Shown: positions 39,092-50,844 of the stretch, one piece after another
Layout: every line of letters starts with the position of its first letter
Position numbering within the stretch: the stretch's first letter is position 1
NCBI GenBank assembly: GCA_051294375.1
Contig: CM119269.1
Location: 17,346,265 to 17,410,264, forward strand
Length of the DNA: 64,000 nt
Reading direction: 5' to 3'
Source of the DNA: Paraspadella gotoi
Taxonomy: Eukaryota > Animalia > Chaetognatha
Notes under the pieces: model-generated
Told to the model about the DNA's origin: nothing
What the model saw: only the letters and a program-made list of their open reading frames with translations
Database searches by the model: none
Translations under genes and position numbers: made by a program

Positions 39092-41047
39092 AATAGTATA
39101 TTTTAAGTACAATGAAGAAATAATTAAATAAATATAAAAAATACGTTTATCTTTCGCTACTCTGCTTCTTTACATGCATGTTTAAACTCCCTAAGCCCAA
39201 ATCCTAACTTAATCTTTATCCCTAACCCTAAACCTTTATCCCTAATTTCTAATCCTAACCCCTAACTTTAAACCCTCGCCCTGAAGTCAGACATTGTAAT
39301 AAATTTACTCCTTATATAAGCATTAAGCATAGCTCATTGAGTAATTGTAATACATCAGCTCATGATCGTCAGGTACTTGGATAAATCCCCAATGTACCAT
39401 TACCTTACCTTACCATAAGTACCTTACCCTGCTGGAAGCGGGAGGACCAGTTCCATGGCTGCAAGAAGCGGTTAAAGAAGTTACAGATAGCAATCTTCAG
39501 CTCACTTAACGCCTTATCCGCAGCCCTCACCAGTAACCATCATTCTTAACCCTAATCACTTACCTCATCCCTAAGCCTAATGAATAACCATTAACCATGT
39601 CCCTACAATTAAAAAAAATTAACCTATTTCCAAATTTAATATAAATTGGGCGTTCAGGGAGTAAAGTAAAAAGTAAAGGAAATTGTGGGGTAAAATGAAT
39701 ATTTAATTTTATTTTTATTTAATTTAATTTTAAATCACTCGTACGAGGGTAGAGAGAATCGACAATACACTGTTTTTTTTTAACCATGCAGTCGAAAAAT
39801 TTTCACAATCCTGTACAGTTTCTAGTATAATTTTAAGTGCTTAAAACGATTAACAAGGTGTCGTCAATCAGATTTTGCGTTAGACCTACGCACAATTGAC
39901 CGGAAGTTGACGTTGACTACAACATAGAATTTTTCTCTTTTCTTTAATTGCAAGATAAGAAAATAGTTTTATAAAAATAATAATCGCTAAATTTTAAGTT
40001 ACTCTCATTATTTAATAAGTTTTACTTTAAAATATTTTAAAAAAAAAGGTTCTTACCCATAGTGGGCGTGTCCAAAACCGGAAATGTCGCTCAAAAACTG
40101 ATAAAATACGCAATATTAATAGTTTTTGATCAACTATAAATATAATGGTTTTTTATTTTCATATTATAGTTGTATCACAAAGAATTATCATATATATCAT
40201 AAAAAACTATCATAGCTCTAAATAGATAAAATAAATATCAGTTACAAAAGTAACTGTTAAAATTCAGAATTAATATTATTTCTTTATTCGTTGTTGAAGA
40301 GACATCATATGCACAGTAGATAATGATTTAGTATTAAGCATATAAACTTTTTTTGACAAGGAAATAAAAAATATTTAGTATTAAGCAATTCGTGGTAGGA
40401 TTTATAAGTATAATTTTCTTACTTTTTTGCAAACATTTTGATTCTTATGAACTAATCATTTTTAAAGGCAGTCCAGAGTAAAAGTAAATTGTTCCAGAAA
40501 AAGTAGGTAGAGAGAGAGAGAGAGTAAGAAGGAGAAGCAAATACAAAAGAACTGCCTTGAAAAATGATTTGTTCATAAGAATCAAAATATTAGCATGAAA
40601 GTAATAAAAATGAACTTGTAAATTCTACTATGAACCTATCAACCTTTAATTAAAGTCTTCATCCGCATTTATGAATTGTCAACAGTTTTTTACTTCACAA
40701 GAAATATTTGGGAGAGAGAGGAGAGAAAGGAAGAGAGAGTGAGAATTAGGTGAGAGTAAGGGAAGAGAGAGAGAGAGAAAGAGAGAGAGAAAAATTTTAA
40801 ACAAAGATTTGAGAAAAGGATAGAGGTCGAGGTGAAGACAGGTTAGGTTTAGGCCAGAGAGAGAGAGAATAGATATTGAAGAAAAAAAACATTTTCACTG
40901 TTTAAAGAAAAATCGTTGCTTGAACTACTTCAAACTCTCTCTAATTCAAAAACGCGACGAAAGAAAGGATTTCACTTAATGGTATAAATGATAGTTTTTT
41001 TATTGCTGGATTAAAGGTTTTTTAAGGAAAAAATGTATCATATTACT

Positions 41048-41091
<44 letters not shown>

Positions 41092-41254
41092 GTTTGACCA
41101 TTTCACTTCTTTTCAAAAAACTCACTCAATCTGTCCTTGCCTTCATCTGTCCTCACCTCTGACCACTATTCTGTCTCACCACTTTGTTAGAAATTTAACT
41201 CTCTCTCTCTCTCTCTCACATTTACTTTTGCAAAAAATTTTTATAGTCTGTCAA

Positions 41255-41298
41255 AAACATTGATGAAGACTTGATCAAGAGTCGAAACATGTCTGTTT
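41255..41298 (+). ncRNA. Minimal hammerhead ribozyme variant (core TTGATGA)
   Basis: aaaca-TTGATGA-A-[GACTT gatcaa GAGTC]-GAAACATGTC-tgttt; same family as the 1338-1384 motif. Confidence 0.6.
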
Positions 41299-41394
41299 CT
41301 ATTAAATAAAATTGTTGTAGTACAAATCTAAATGCTAACTACTGAAGAGACAGTAATTATTGATAAGTGTTAATGACAGAACCGTTCAATATAA

Positions 41395-41468
41395 GCAGTC
41401 CCTGAGCTTCGGATCAGGCTGTTACACCATGCTACAGGCGGGTTAAGCGCCCCGTCCCTCTTAACTGC
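41395..41468 (-). ncRNA. Type-P5 twister ribozyme (third family)
   Basis: Minus strand: GCAGT-taagagg-GACGG-ggcgct-TAA-CCC-GC-[CTGT..ACAG]-c-CTGATCCGAAGCTCAG-gg-ACTGC; P2 is short and imperfect. Confidence 0.7.
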
Positions 41469-41472
41469 CAGT

Positions 41473-41542
41473 CGACCACCGGGCTAGAACCCTGGACCTT
41501 TGGGTTGGGAGGCAAATGACTTGCCTCCGGCACCAATGGCCG
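41473..41542 (-). ncRNA. tRNA-derived head (Pol III promoter) directly upstream of the twister motif
   Basis: Acceptor-like CGGCCAT/GTGGTCG pairing, A-box-like TGGTGCCGGAGG and B-box GGTTCTAGCCC; arms are degenerate, so not a functional tRNA. Confidence 0.65.
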
Positions 41543-42582
41543 CTGATGAACGGTTGGTGGATTTTAGTCCACCATAATGCCAAAAACACAACGAAACGAA
41601 AGGAATACCACAATAAGGAAAAAAAGAAAATTATAAATCTGATTAACTTTTTGAGCATGGATATTGTTTCTCTTCTCCTTCACCTGGAAAAACTTAAAAA
41701 TAGGGTATTCCCTCTAAAGATTTACATAAAACTTTATGAAAAAAGGGTCTAACTTCCGACTATAGTTTTTGAGCAAAAAAATGGTATGCCAGTAAAAAAA
41801 TTACTGATGAAAAAAATTAAATTTGTAAAGGGTATTAAAAATTAAAACTAGGAATTGTTAAAATTAGCAAAGTCTCATTAATTGAATAAAATTGAAATGA
41901 AATTTTGAATATTTACAGTTAAAGTTAAAGTCCTTTGGCTATTAAAAAACAATTTTTTTTAAGATGTAATAATTGATAAATATGATAGGATTTTTTTATG
42001 ATATGGATGATAATCCTTTGTGATAAAGCTGTCATATAACAGTAAAAAACCATTAGCAGTCTGAATAGATCAAAAACTTTTAATAATACATATTTAATTG
42101 ATTTTCGAGCACTATTTCCGGTTTGGGACACGCCCACTATTGATGAAAACCCTTTTTTGAACATTTTTTGTCTCAGTACTACTTATTAAATAATTATACT
42201 AATTGCAGGATAAGTAAATAACAACTGCCTAACTTTTCATTTGTAGTAAAAGAAAAAATTCCATAATGTAGTCCACGCCAACTTCCGGTAAATTGTGCGC
42301 AGGTCAAATGCAAAATCTGATTGACGACACCTTGTTAATCGTTTTAAGCTCTTAAAATTATACTAGAACTGTACAGGATTGTGAAAATTTTCGATTGCAT
42401 GGTTAAAAAAAAAACAGTGTAATCGACAAGCATATTATCAATTTAAATATCTCATTGAGAGCCCGAGACAGATCAGGTTTCATTGACTGCTGTTACACTT
42501 GTGTGGGCTTAGGTCATAAACAAAGCTTATTACGCAGAAATATGTATTAATCATCTTTTATAATGTCAGGGTGAAAATAATT

Positions 42583-43004
42583 TTATCCACTTTCGGGGTA
42601 AACACAATACCAGTTTAGACATTTAAGCAGTTGACAACATCTGTAAAAATCGCAGGACTGATACAATCCGGCGCAGAATTTTCGTTGACGCTGCGTTGTC
42701 CTCGCTTGACTTCGTGTTGCTCGCGGCCCTCTCTTCGAAAATATTTTGACGGACGCCACCTCCGTTTCTTTACCATCTTTCTTCGTTTCGGACTTCATCT
42801 TCGACCAGGAGAAGACTTGGTCTGTCTGAAATCTGTCCTCGTTTTTCTGACGTATAAGAAAAGGGATATGGAATATTTCTGCACGATGATGATCAATGAT
42901 CAATTTTGATCATGAGCATTGAGCAAGGCTCAAGTGGCTCTTTTACTTACCATGGTTGGCAACGAATACAGGCTAACCGCGATAGCTAACATTGCAATCC
43001 ACAT
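42583..43004 (-). CDS. Secreted inhibitor-cystine-knot (knottin) prepropeptide; exons 43004-42951 and 42846-42583 (105 aa)
   Basis: Signal-like MWIAMLAIAVSLYSLPTM, donor GTAAGT and in-frame CAG acceptor, propeptide, RQRK site, then FCAGLYQSCDFYRCCQLLKCLNWYCVYPESG (C-C-CC-C-C). Confidence 0.75.
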
Positions 43005-43605
43005 TCTCGTGGTTACGACGTTTTTAGTTTAAAACAAAAATAGTTTAATTAGCTTGAAAGACATTTAACGTAATTAACTTCTAAAATACAAGCCTCAATG
43101 TCACAATGACCTGTTATGATCACTGGTCACTTATTACTGATTCATACGGTTGGAAAATTACATTTGTAAATATGGAATTTAACAAACAACTTTTTTTTTT
43201 TTAAATCGGAAATATTAAACATTTTTTTGCAATTCAGGATTATTTTTGATGAGAGACCTTGACTGATTTCTCGTGGGTCGACGATGTCATTTTGTTTTTT
43301 CTCGTTGATCGATGAAGAAGAAGACGATCGGTGGCGGAGCTCTGCCGACCCGCGAGTGAAACACGATCCGGCCGTTGACGGCGGCAAAACTGAAATTTTT
43401 TTCAAAAAAACTTTTTTGAACTTGTTACGGTTGTTACGGTTGTTCGTCGTTGTTACGTCGATAATTTAAAGCGGGTTGAGACGTAAATGTGTGTTAAAAT
43501 CAAACTTGAAAGTGTGTAATTAAAAAAAAAATAATAATTGCAACATAGCGGTGAGTTTTATTTTCCTCGATTCAATTTATTAATGATTTGAATTTTACGC
43601 TAAGA

Positions 43606-45005
43606 ATGACTGAAGAAAATCCAAAAACTTCCAACGGGGGAGACGAAGAACCGCCCCCAGGACTTCTGGAACGGTCGGCCATTCAAGATGGAAAGAGAGA
43701 ACGGAAGAAGACGGAAAGACTCTCCGTCACAGCCACGGACGAACGCGAAAAACGTTTTGAAATTCCGGAAGGCAAGGGAACGAAACTGGGCGATTGCCCG
43801 AGAATAGGTAATGCTTAAGTTTTAATGCTGGTTGACCCAAACTAAGGTATGGATTTATTGTTGGGAGGAGGAGCACTTCTGGGTGTGGACTGGTTTAATC
43901 ATTTTCAAAATAATTTCAATCAATATTTTTTTATATTATTATATTTTTATGTACTAGGCATAAACGGAAATTTCACACAAAATAATAGCGTCGGTGCTTT
44001 CCCTCAGATCACAACTTAACCTCCTACAAGGCGGATGAGCTGAAGGGCCTCCACAAGCTCCTTTTCAAAACTCCTGGTCAAATTCATACTCTCAAGAAAA
44101 ACATTCGAAAGTTCAACGGGTTTGCGTTTGACTCTGGCTCCCCAGAACAGGAAAAGAAAAGTCAACAGCTAAACAAAATGGTAGTATCTTTTTCAATCAT
44201 ACTACGTGAATGGCGATTCAAACTTCCATTTAACCTTTGCCTCTACGCAGATGCTGCCCGAACTGAAGAAGATCTGCCTCGTGCTAGATTTAGAGCGAAG
44301 CGGCGCCAAAGAGACGATCGTCGAGCGCATCCTCCAGTTTCTCCTTCAGCCCAGCGACTCTGGACGAAGCGTTCCAAAGAAGAAGTCAAAAAAGAGGAAG
44401 TCCGAGTCGAAGGGCGCCGCCGACGCCGGGAAGATCAAAAAGACGAAAAAGAAGACGAAAAAGAAAAATACTGACGAGGACCTCGTCGACGACGACGACA
44501 TCAGCGCCTCTTCCGGCGCAGAAGACGACGACGACAAAGAAGAAGAAAAAGAAGAAGAGGATCGAGCGAGCGATGAAGAGAGCGAGCCAGAAAAGAAAAA
44601 GAAAAAGAAATCGGCTCCACCCAAGGCCAACGGCGTGAAAGAGAAGAAAGAAAAGGCAAAGAAAAAAGTCACGCCCGCCAAGAAAGTGACCGATGACGAC
44701 ATCTCGCCGGACGAAAGCGATTCGGACGACGAACCCCTGGCAGCCAAGAAAAAAACTATTCCTACCGACAAAGGTTTGCGACTCCCCCTTTTCCCCCCCC
44801 CTGAGTTTTATTTCCGTGTTATTTCCTATCTTCACTTTTCCCTGCAGAAATAAAACAAACTGTGGAGGAGGTTTTGAAAGACGCGGACCTTGACACCGTC
44901 ACCATGAAGTTGGTCTTCAAGGACGTCGCCGCCAAATACCCCGACTTCGATCTCTCCTCCAAGAAGGACTTCATCAAAGCCACCGTTAAGAAGATCATAT
45001 CTTGA
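43606..45005 (+). CDS. DEK: DEK chromatin protein; exons 43606-43807, 44008-44180, 44251-44773, 44848-45005 (~351 aa)
   Basis: GKRERKKTERL, EGKGTKLGDCPRI, LHKLLF..PG..LKKNIRKFNGF, SAP-like ELKKICLVLDLERSGAKETIVERILQFL, and DEK-C (ADLDTVTMK..YPDFDLSSKKDFIKATVKKII). Confidence 0.93.
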
Positions 45006-45248
45006 TTACGCCCACTCTGAATTTCTCCTGCTCGTTAATGAACTCGCATGGGGGACTCTCTTAATTCGCATCATTGTTACCTTATTTTACTTGAATACAT
45101 TCACTATTCATCCCGCCTCATATATAGAATCTTTGCCTTTTCGAAGGCACTATCCTCAAACTTATAATTATTAAGTTGTATTTTTTATGAAACTTGTTTA
45201 TATTTTTTTAAGCTTGCCAAGCTTGATTCTTAAAAAAACAAAACAAAG

Positions 45249-48200
45249 ATGGCACCCTCGCTGACGGCGGCCGAGATAATGGCGCGTCGACGTAACTACG
45301 CCTCTTCCGTCAAAATCAAGGGAACTGTGAAAATGGATAAAGGGAAACAGATCGCCGTCGTCCAGGAAGGTCCGTTGGGGAGGGGACTGGGAGGGGGGGG
45401 GATTTATAGGTAAGGAGGCGAGAGGGAAAACTGTACATCTACGCAGACCGAATGAAGAATTAGGAAAACGTTAAGGAACCACATTTAAAAAAATATGGCT
45501 TTATGGCAACGGGAGGATAGCCTGTGATACCCGGGGCGCGGGGTATCTCACCAACTGGCGTAGGGGCTGCGGACCCTCAGTGACCGCCTCCTGTCACTGG
45601 CATGTTTATACCGGCACCGTCACATTTAAGCCAGAACCGGGATACCCAGGGATTGAACCCGGGACGCACGGATGGAATGAGATGATTTAGCCTGCTCAGC
45701 CATTGAGACGAGGCTGAGGACGGACAGCAGTGAGGCAGCTTTAAGTCTTGCTGCCACAGGATCCCCCTACCAGACTTCTCCACAGGGGCCTCAATCCTGA
45801 GGAGATGTCTGAGAGAAGGTTTTGATCTCATTGCCATAGTGAGAGCGAGCGGGCGAGCGATTGAGCGAGCGAGTCTGGAGCGTTACCAGAGAAGTAGGGC
45901 ATAGGCGTGATATGCATACCCTAAGCGACGTAAGCGTGGGCGCATGGTGCGCAGCGGTTGCGTGTTCGAGAGTAGGGCTCACCACTTATGGCAACGGAGG
46001 ATAGCCTGTGATACCCGGGGCGCGGGTATCTCACCAACTGGCGTAGGGGCTGCGGACCCTCAGTGACCGCCTCCTGTCACTGGCATGTTTATACCGGCAC
46101 CGTCACATTTAAGCCAGAACCGGGATACCCAGGGATTGAACCCGGGACGCACGGATGGAATGAGATGATTTAGCCTGCTCAGCCATTGAGACGAGGCTGA
46201 GGACGGACAGCAGTGAGGCAGCTGCCACAGCTTTTCAATTATTTTTTGTTTTTATTATCAAATCACATAGTGTCTCGTGACGAAGAAAGAGAAAAGCTGA
46301 GAAAGTGGATGGAGGAGAAGAGGAGGAGAGACATGGAGGCGATGCGCAGAAAAAAGTTGGCGCAAGATCCCGCGCAGGGAAAAAAGGCGCCTGCCGACGT
46401 CAGCGGGAAAAAGAGCGCCGGCGAGCCCGTCAAAAACCCTGCGATGAAAAACAAAGAGAAAATCGCCAAATCCCATTCCATAGCAGAAGTGCGCGGTGAG
46501 TGGTCCTTAATGACGCCCTCCAAATTTTCTGTTTTTAGCGATTGCTTATTTTGATCAACTTCCTGCAGCCGACGCAAGCGTGTCAATCGCAAATGAGACG
46601 ACAAATCCGAAAACTCAGGCGACGAAAAAAGTAACATTCACCGGCGGACCAGGTGACTGTTTGTGAAAATTTGTCTTATAAACGAGCCTTCGCTATCCAT
46701 TGTTCAATAATTTTTTTCACAGTCTCGACTCCGACGGCGGAAAAGTCGAAGCTCGTCCATCGCAAGACCCCCAAGCGTCCTTCTTCCACTCCGAACTTTC
46801 GGCGAATCACAGAGAAATCCAAATCTGCCGCCTTGACCCCAATTTCGATAACGGCGCGCACGACACCGGCCACGGATCGTTCAGCGATTCCGGCGCGACT
46901 TTCCTCCAAAAAATTTGAAAAGCTAAGCCCTCACTCCAAGTTTGACCATTGGCTCCGAGTCAAGGGTAAAACTCCGACGCAAGTCAAACACATCGCGTGC
47001 GTCACTCCAAACCGAAAAAGTTAGTTTAATAGTTACTTTTTTTGAAATTCATGTGTATTGGGTAATAAATAATTTGCAATCCAGGAAGTTGAAGACACTT
47101 AGTTTTTGAGACGTCAATAAAAGTAGTTTTGTCCTGATTGCCAGGCGGCCTCGCGGCCATCATTCGTAATAAACTCGAAACATGAAATTTTTTAGATATG
47201 ATATTTTTACTAGCGTCTTCAGTCAATGTCGGGGTGTACGTATTTGGCATTATTGCTTCCAATAGGTTCTTTAAAGCCAACGCATGGTAAAGATTCTATT
47301 ACCGACGACGACGACGAATTTTTCACACGTCTTGTTGAGTTAAGGCAAAAGCGGAACGTCGAAGAAAACAAAAGCGCAATCGAGGTTGACTGTTGACGTT
47401 GAAACCAATTGCTCTCAGAGCAGAGAGAATTAATGTGTATCGTTGACACTTACAGCTTTCTTCGGTTTCTGGCGCAAATTGCGTCAATCGAGCTTCTTAC
47501 TGGTTGTGCCTATCTCATTTGGCGCTCTTAGACACGAAAAGGGCGCCGTCCGAACGGCGTCGCCGCGCCTTTGATTCTCTAAGCTCCGGCGTCGAACGAA
47601 AGGCGGCGCCGAAGGAACTTCTCGTGGAGGAAGCCGCTCAAATTGTTTCGCGAATGTTCGACCTTGAAGATCAGGTGAAAACTGTAGTTTTGGCGTGAAT
47701 TTATTTTGTTCCTTATTGTCTCCTTGACATATGTCTTGTAAATAATGGCCTTCCCATTCTTAGGTACCGGCAGCCGTTGAAGGCAAGAACAGCACTTTTA
47801 CTCTCGACGAGCAGTTGGAAAAGGAAAACATCGCTGGCTCTCCTAAAGGCCAAGCAGAGGTTTGTGTAATTTTTTTACCACCCTTCATTTTTGGGTCCGC
47901 CATTCTTTCGGAGGAATAACTCAATGAAGAATAAAAAAGCTTGGTTTTTTTTTTCGTTTTTAAATTTTAGGTCGATCCTAATGAGAGTCAGATTTTGACG
48001 CCTCCCGCCTCGCCTTCCGGTTCTCCCACCGCGCTCGGCGCGGTCGGCCCAGACGTCGTCTTGGCATCGACTCCGTCACTGCCCAAGCCTTTCCCCCTCG
48101 ACTTTCAGTCGCTGGTACGTTTGCTTTGTATTTCGAGTCAGAGTTAAATATTAAAAAATCATAAAACAATACTTCGGTCGCAGAACGCTTCGACGGATAC

Positions 48201-49884
48201 TCGGGACTCACTCGCGGAACCGCTCCCGGCCTCCGCCTCTTTGGTTACCACTACCCCGCATTTCATTGGTAAGTTTTTCAGCACTGTCAAAATGAAGCTC
48301 GATATCAAACGCTTAGCTATTTATATTGCTTTTTATTGTTTTTTTCTAACTAAAATTTTTTACTTCGTTTGTATACCAGAATGTGCCGCAGGTACGGACT
48401 ACGGAAGCTGAAATTAGTTTCTAGAAAAAAATCTGGTGTTGCTTTGGGTGACAACGTTATTTTGTAATCACGCCCTATATATAGATAACCCTAAAATGTT
48501 AACCTCTGGTCATTGGTAAAAACTATTTTTATCCGTTGTCCAGGAGTTCGTCATTCCATTCGTATTTCTGGCGTCAGCAGCGGTTGCTCTTCGATGCATG
48601 ACATTACCAATGTGAGTATGTTACAAGTATTATTTCTGAAATTTTAAAGATGAGAAACTTCTAGGATGATATTGTCGCAGCGATGATCCTTAATTGTTTG
48701 AATTTTATTTTTAGTGCCATAAGTGNNNNNNNNNNTGAGAAACTTCTAGGATGATATTGTCGCAGCGAAAAGTAATCAATGAGCCTTTTGTCTATTTATA
48801 CGTCCTTCACCAACCGCTAGGCTTCGACTCGAGCGGCGTGCGACTCTGAAGAATCCGAAGACGACTCGCTTGAGGTTGTCGAATTCGGCGCCGACGGAAA
48901 CTTTGCCGATTCCGCCGCAAACTCCGAAGATTACTATTCGCTCCGCTATCGAGTCGAAGGTGAGTGGGGTACCAAGACGGTGTGAGTTAATATAATAATA
49001 AGTTAATATAATAGTATTAAATCCGTAAACGTGCTCCTTGCAGATGCTGAAGTAGATGCCATCGGCGCGACCGCGAGTCAATTGACCCTCGACGGAGTTG
49101 ACGACGTAGTCGACGACGTCGAAGACGAAGAAAAGGAAAACGTCTCTCCCTTGGGATCGGATGATATTTGCTCAGAGATGTCTCACGAACTAATGGCGTC
49201 GCCGATTTTCGTGAGTCATTCTCAATCGGTTTCGTAAATTAATTCAAAAATACCTATTATTGCATCAATAATCAATTGCCATCACATCAATAATTCGGGG
49301 TTTTTTTCGGATTTTTTCATTAACTTTTTTTTTTTTGATAGTAGCGTCTGGCGATGTCACTATAATTTTAAAATTTGTATTCGCTTCGTTTTTTTCCAGA
49401 TCGAAGAGCGACCTTCACCCTGTAAGGCTATCCAGGACCCCTCAATGATTTCCCCGCCCTTTGCCGCCTCAGCCGTTCGCCTCGCTCTCCGCCCCGGCGC
49501 CGTATCCCCAGATAAAGAGCGGGAGGCCGCGGGGCCGCTCGCGGAAGAGTTGAAAGAGAACATCGGAGAAAACGCGGAGATCGAATCGGGCGCGTTTTAT
49601 ACGCCGCCATCCGCTTTTAAGTCCAAATTCGTTGCCACGCCAGTCCGTCGCTCTATCAGACAAACGCCTAGAGCGAAGGTACACTAAAAAACTAGCTTGA
49701 AAATATTAATATTAAAGTTTAAACATCAGGGATGGCTAAATACGTTGTTTCCTAGGCGACGGAGGAGAAGCGGCGACTGATCGGCGCCCTGAGCGAGCTC
49801 TCTCCCGAATCCCGGGCCAAAACAGTTTTGGTTCCCAATCCGCTCATTCTCAACCAAGACTTCGAACAAAACGAAGACGATTGA
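45249..49884 (+). CDS. CKAP2/CKAP2L-like microtubule-associated protein, multi-exon (45249-45369, 46271-46495, 46569-46652, 46723-~47020 ... last exon 49756-49884)
   Basis: Motifs REKLRKWMEEK, HWLRVKGKTP, ASYWLCLSHL..AAPKELL, FVATPVRRSIR and VPNPL recall the CKAP2 family; some internal exon boundaries are approximate and there is a small N gap near 48726. Confidence 0.6.
45555..45634 (-). ncRNA. Type-P5 twister ribozyme (3' LTR)
   Basis: Reverse complement of the 53641-53720 motif. Confidence 0.85.
46038..46117 (-). ncRNA. Type-P5 twister ribozyme (5' LTR)
   Basis: Reverse complement of the 53641-53720 motif. Confidence 0.85.
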
Positions 49885-50844
49885 TTTTCGAGTTCAACTC
49901 TATTTTTTTTTATATATTATAATACGATATATTATTTCGTCAAGTAGATTTAGTATTGAGTCTTCTGATATTTGATATTTTCAAGGGTGGGACTGCATTA
50001 TATTTTTAACACTATACGCATTACGCATGTTGCTTGTCCAATTAAAAGTTGTTTGTAAAAATTTGATTGTTTTATTAAAGTATTTTACGACCGTAAAACA
50101 CTGTCGAGATAACAAATTTAGCTACGTAGTACCGATGTAAGTGAAGGCCACTTTCTACTTCATTTTTTAGAAATTCCTAATGCCAATAAGATTAGCTATT
50201 TCTTGAAACGATTTTAACCGCCAATTCAGTTATATCGTCAATTTGCTCTCAAAGATCTTTTGTTTTTGCCTCGATGTATTTCCGCTCAAGTTTTCCTTCC
50301 TCTCGTTCGATGGCAATGGCAGAAACCACGATTATTTCTAAATCCTAATGGGTTCGGTTCCACACTGCATGATTTTTTTTATTCCACTGGTTACCTTTTA
50401 AAAATGAGTAAACCTAAAGCCTGTTTCTTACGAGTTTTGTATCGACTAAAATCATTTTCTCCTATTTTTCAGGAATCACTGAAAGATAATTATTGCCAAA
50501 ACTGCCAGAGGATGAACCCCTTTGCACTGAAGGATGAATTTTGCTAAAACTTATCGAAAATCTAGTCAAACAGCTTGCCATTGATCTCATTTTTGCTTCG
50601 CAACTCAATTAATTCTCGATTGACCATGGAACGAGCGTTAACCGCTTTCTGCTCAAAATATAAACCTTAAATTACGCTCAGTAACCTCGCGCGTCCACAT
50701 CAAGAAACCCACTTTTACATCCTAACACCTTTATTATTATTTATATATCTCATTGAAACTTCTTTGTCAACCAAATTCGTGGCGCCATCTTAGAAACCAT
50801 GCACTCTCCAATGAATTTCCCCGTCGCGTTCCCGAAGTGAAATC

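Larger units (their letters stand above)
39766..42421. mobile_element. Non-autonomous long-TIR DNA transposon (Foldback/Mutator/P/hAT-like), 2.66 kb
   Basis: Termini TACACTGTTTTTTTTTAACC...GGTTAAAAAAAAAACAGTGTA; imperfect TIRs of ~350-450 bp; 8-bp TSD ATCGACAA (39758-39765, 42422-42429); no transposase ORF seen. Confidence 0.85.
45502..46229 (-). mobile_element. Miniature LTR retroelement (TRIM) with tRNA-derived promoter and twister ribozyme in each LTR; LTRs 46229-45987 and 45758-45502
   Basis: Direct terminal repeats TGTGGCAGC...GTTGCCATA, 4-bp TSD GCTT, PBS-like TGGTGAGCCC, purine tract before the 3' LTR; lies in intron 1 of the CKAP2-like gene. Confidence 0.92.

Noticed and set aside
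39190-39280. Telomere-like ccctaa repeats (also ~1030-1077 and ~54650-54690)
   Set aside because: Short, degenerate and interstitial; commonly part of small repeats, not a chromosome end.
39457-39527. Imperfect hairpin containing TCCGCAGCCC
   Set aside because: Shares the twister loop word but lacks the P4 closure, the GA-NGG and the UAA-P2-GC context.
41473-41542. Functional tRNA gene
   Set aside because: D, anticodon and T arms pair poorly; treated as a repeat-associated tRNA-derived head.
45577-45837. Repeated ORFs ending CDGAGINMPVTGGGH (also 53516, 53953 and the 38588 variant)
   Set aside because: The similarity is explained by the conserved ribozyme nucleotides in the LTRs; starts vary and indels shift frames between copies.
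48654-48768. Duplicated tgagaaacttctaggatgatattgtcgcagcga
   Set aside because: Flanks a short N gap; probable assembly overlap.
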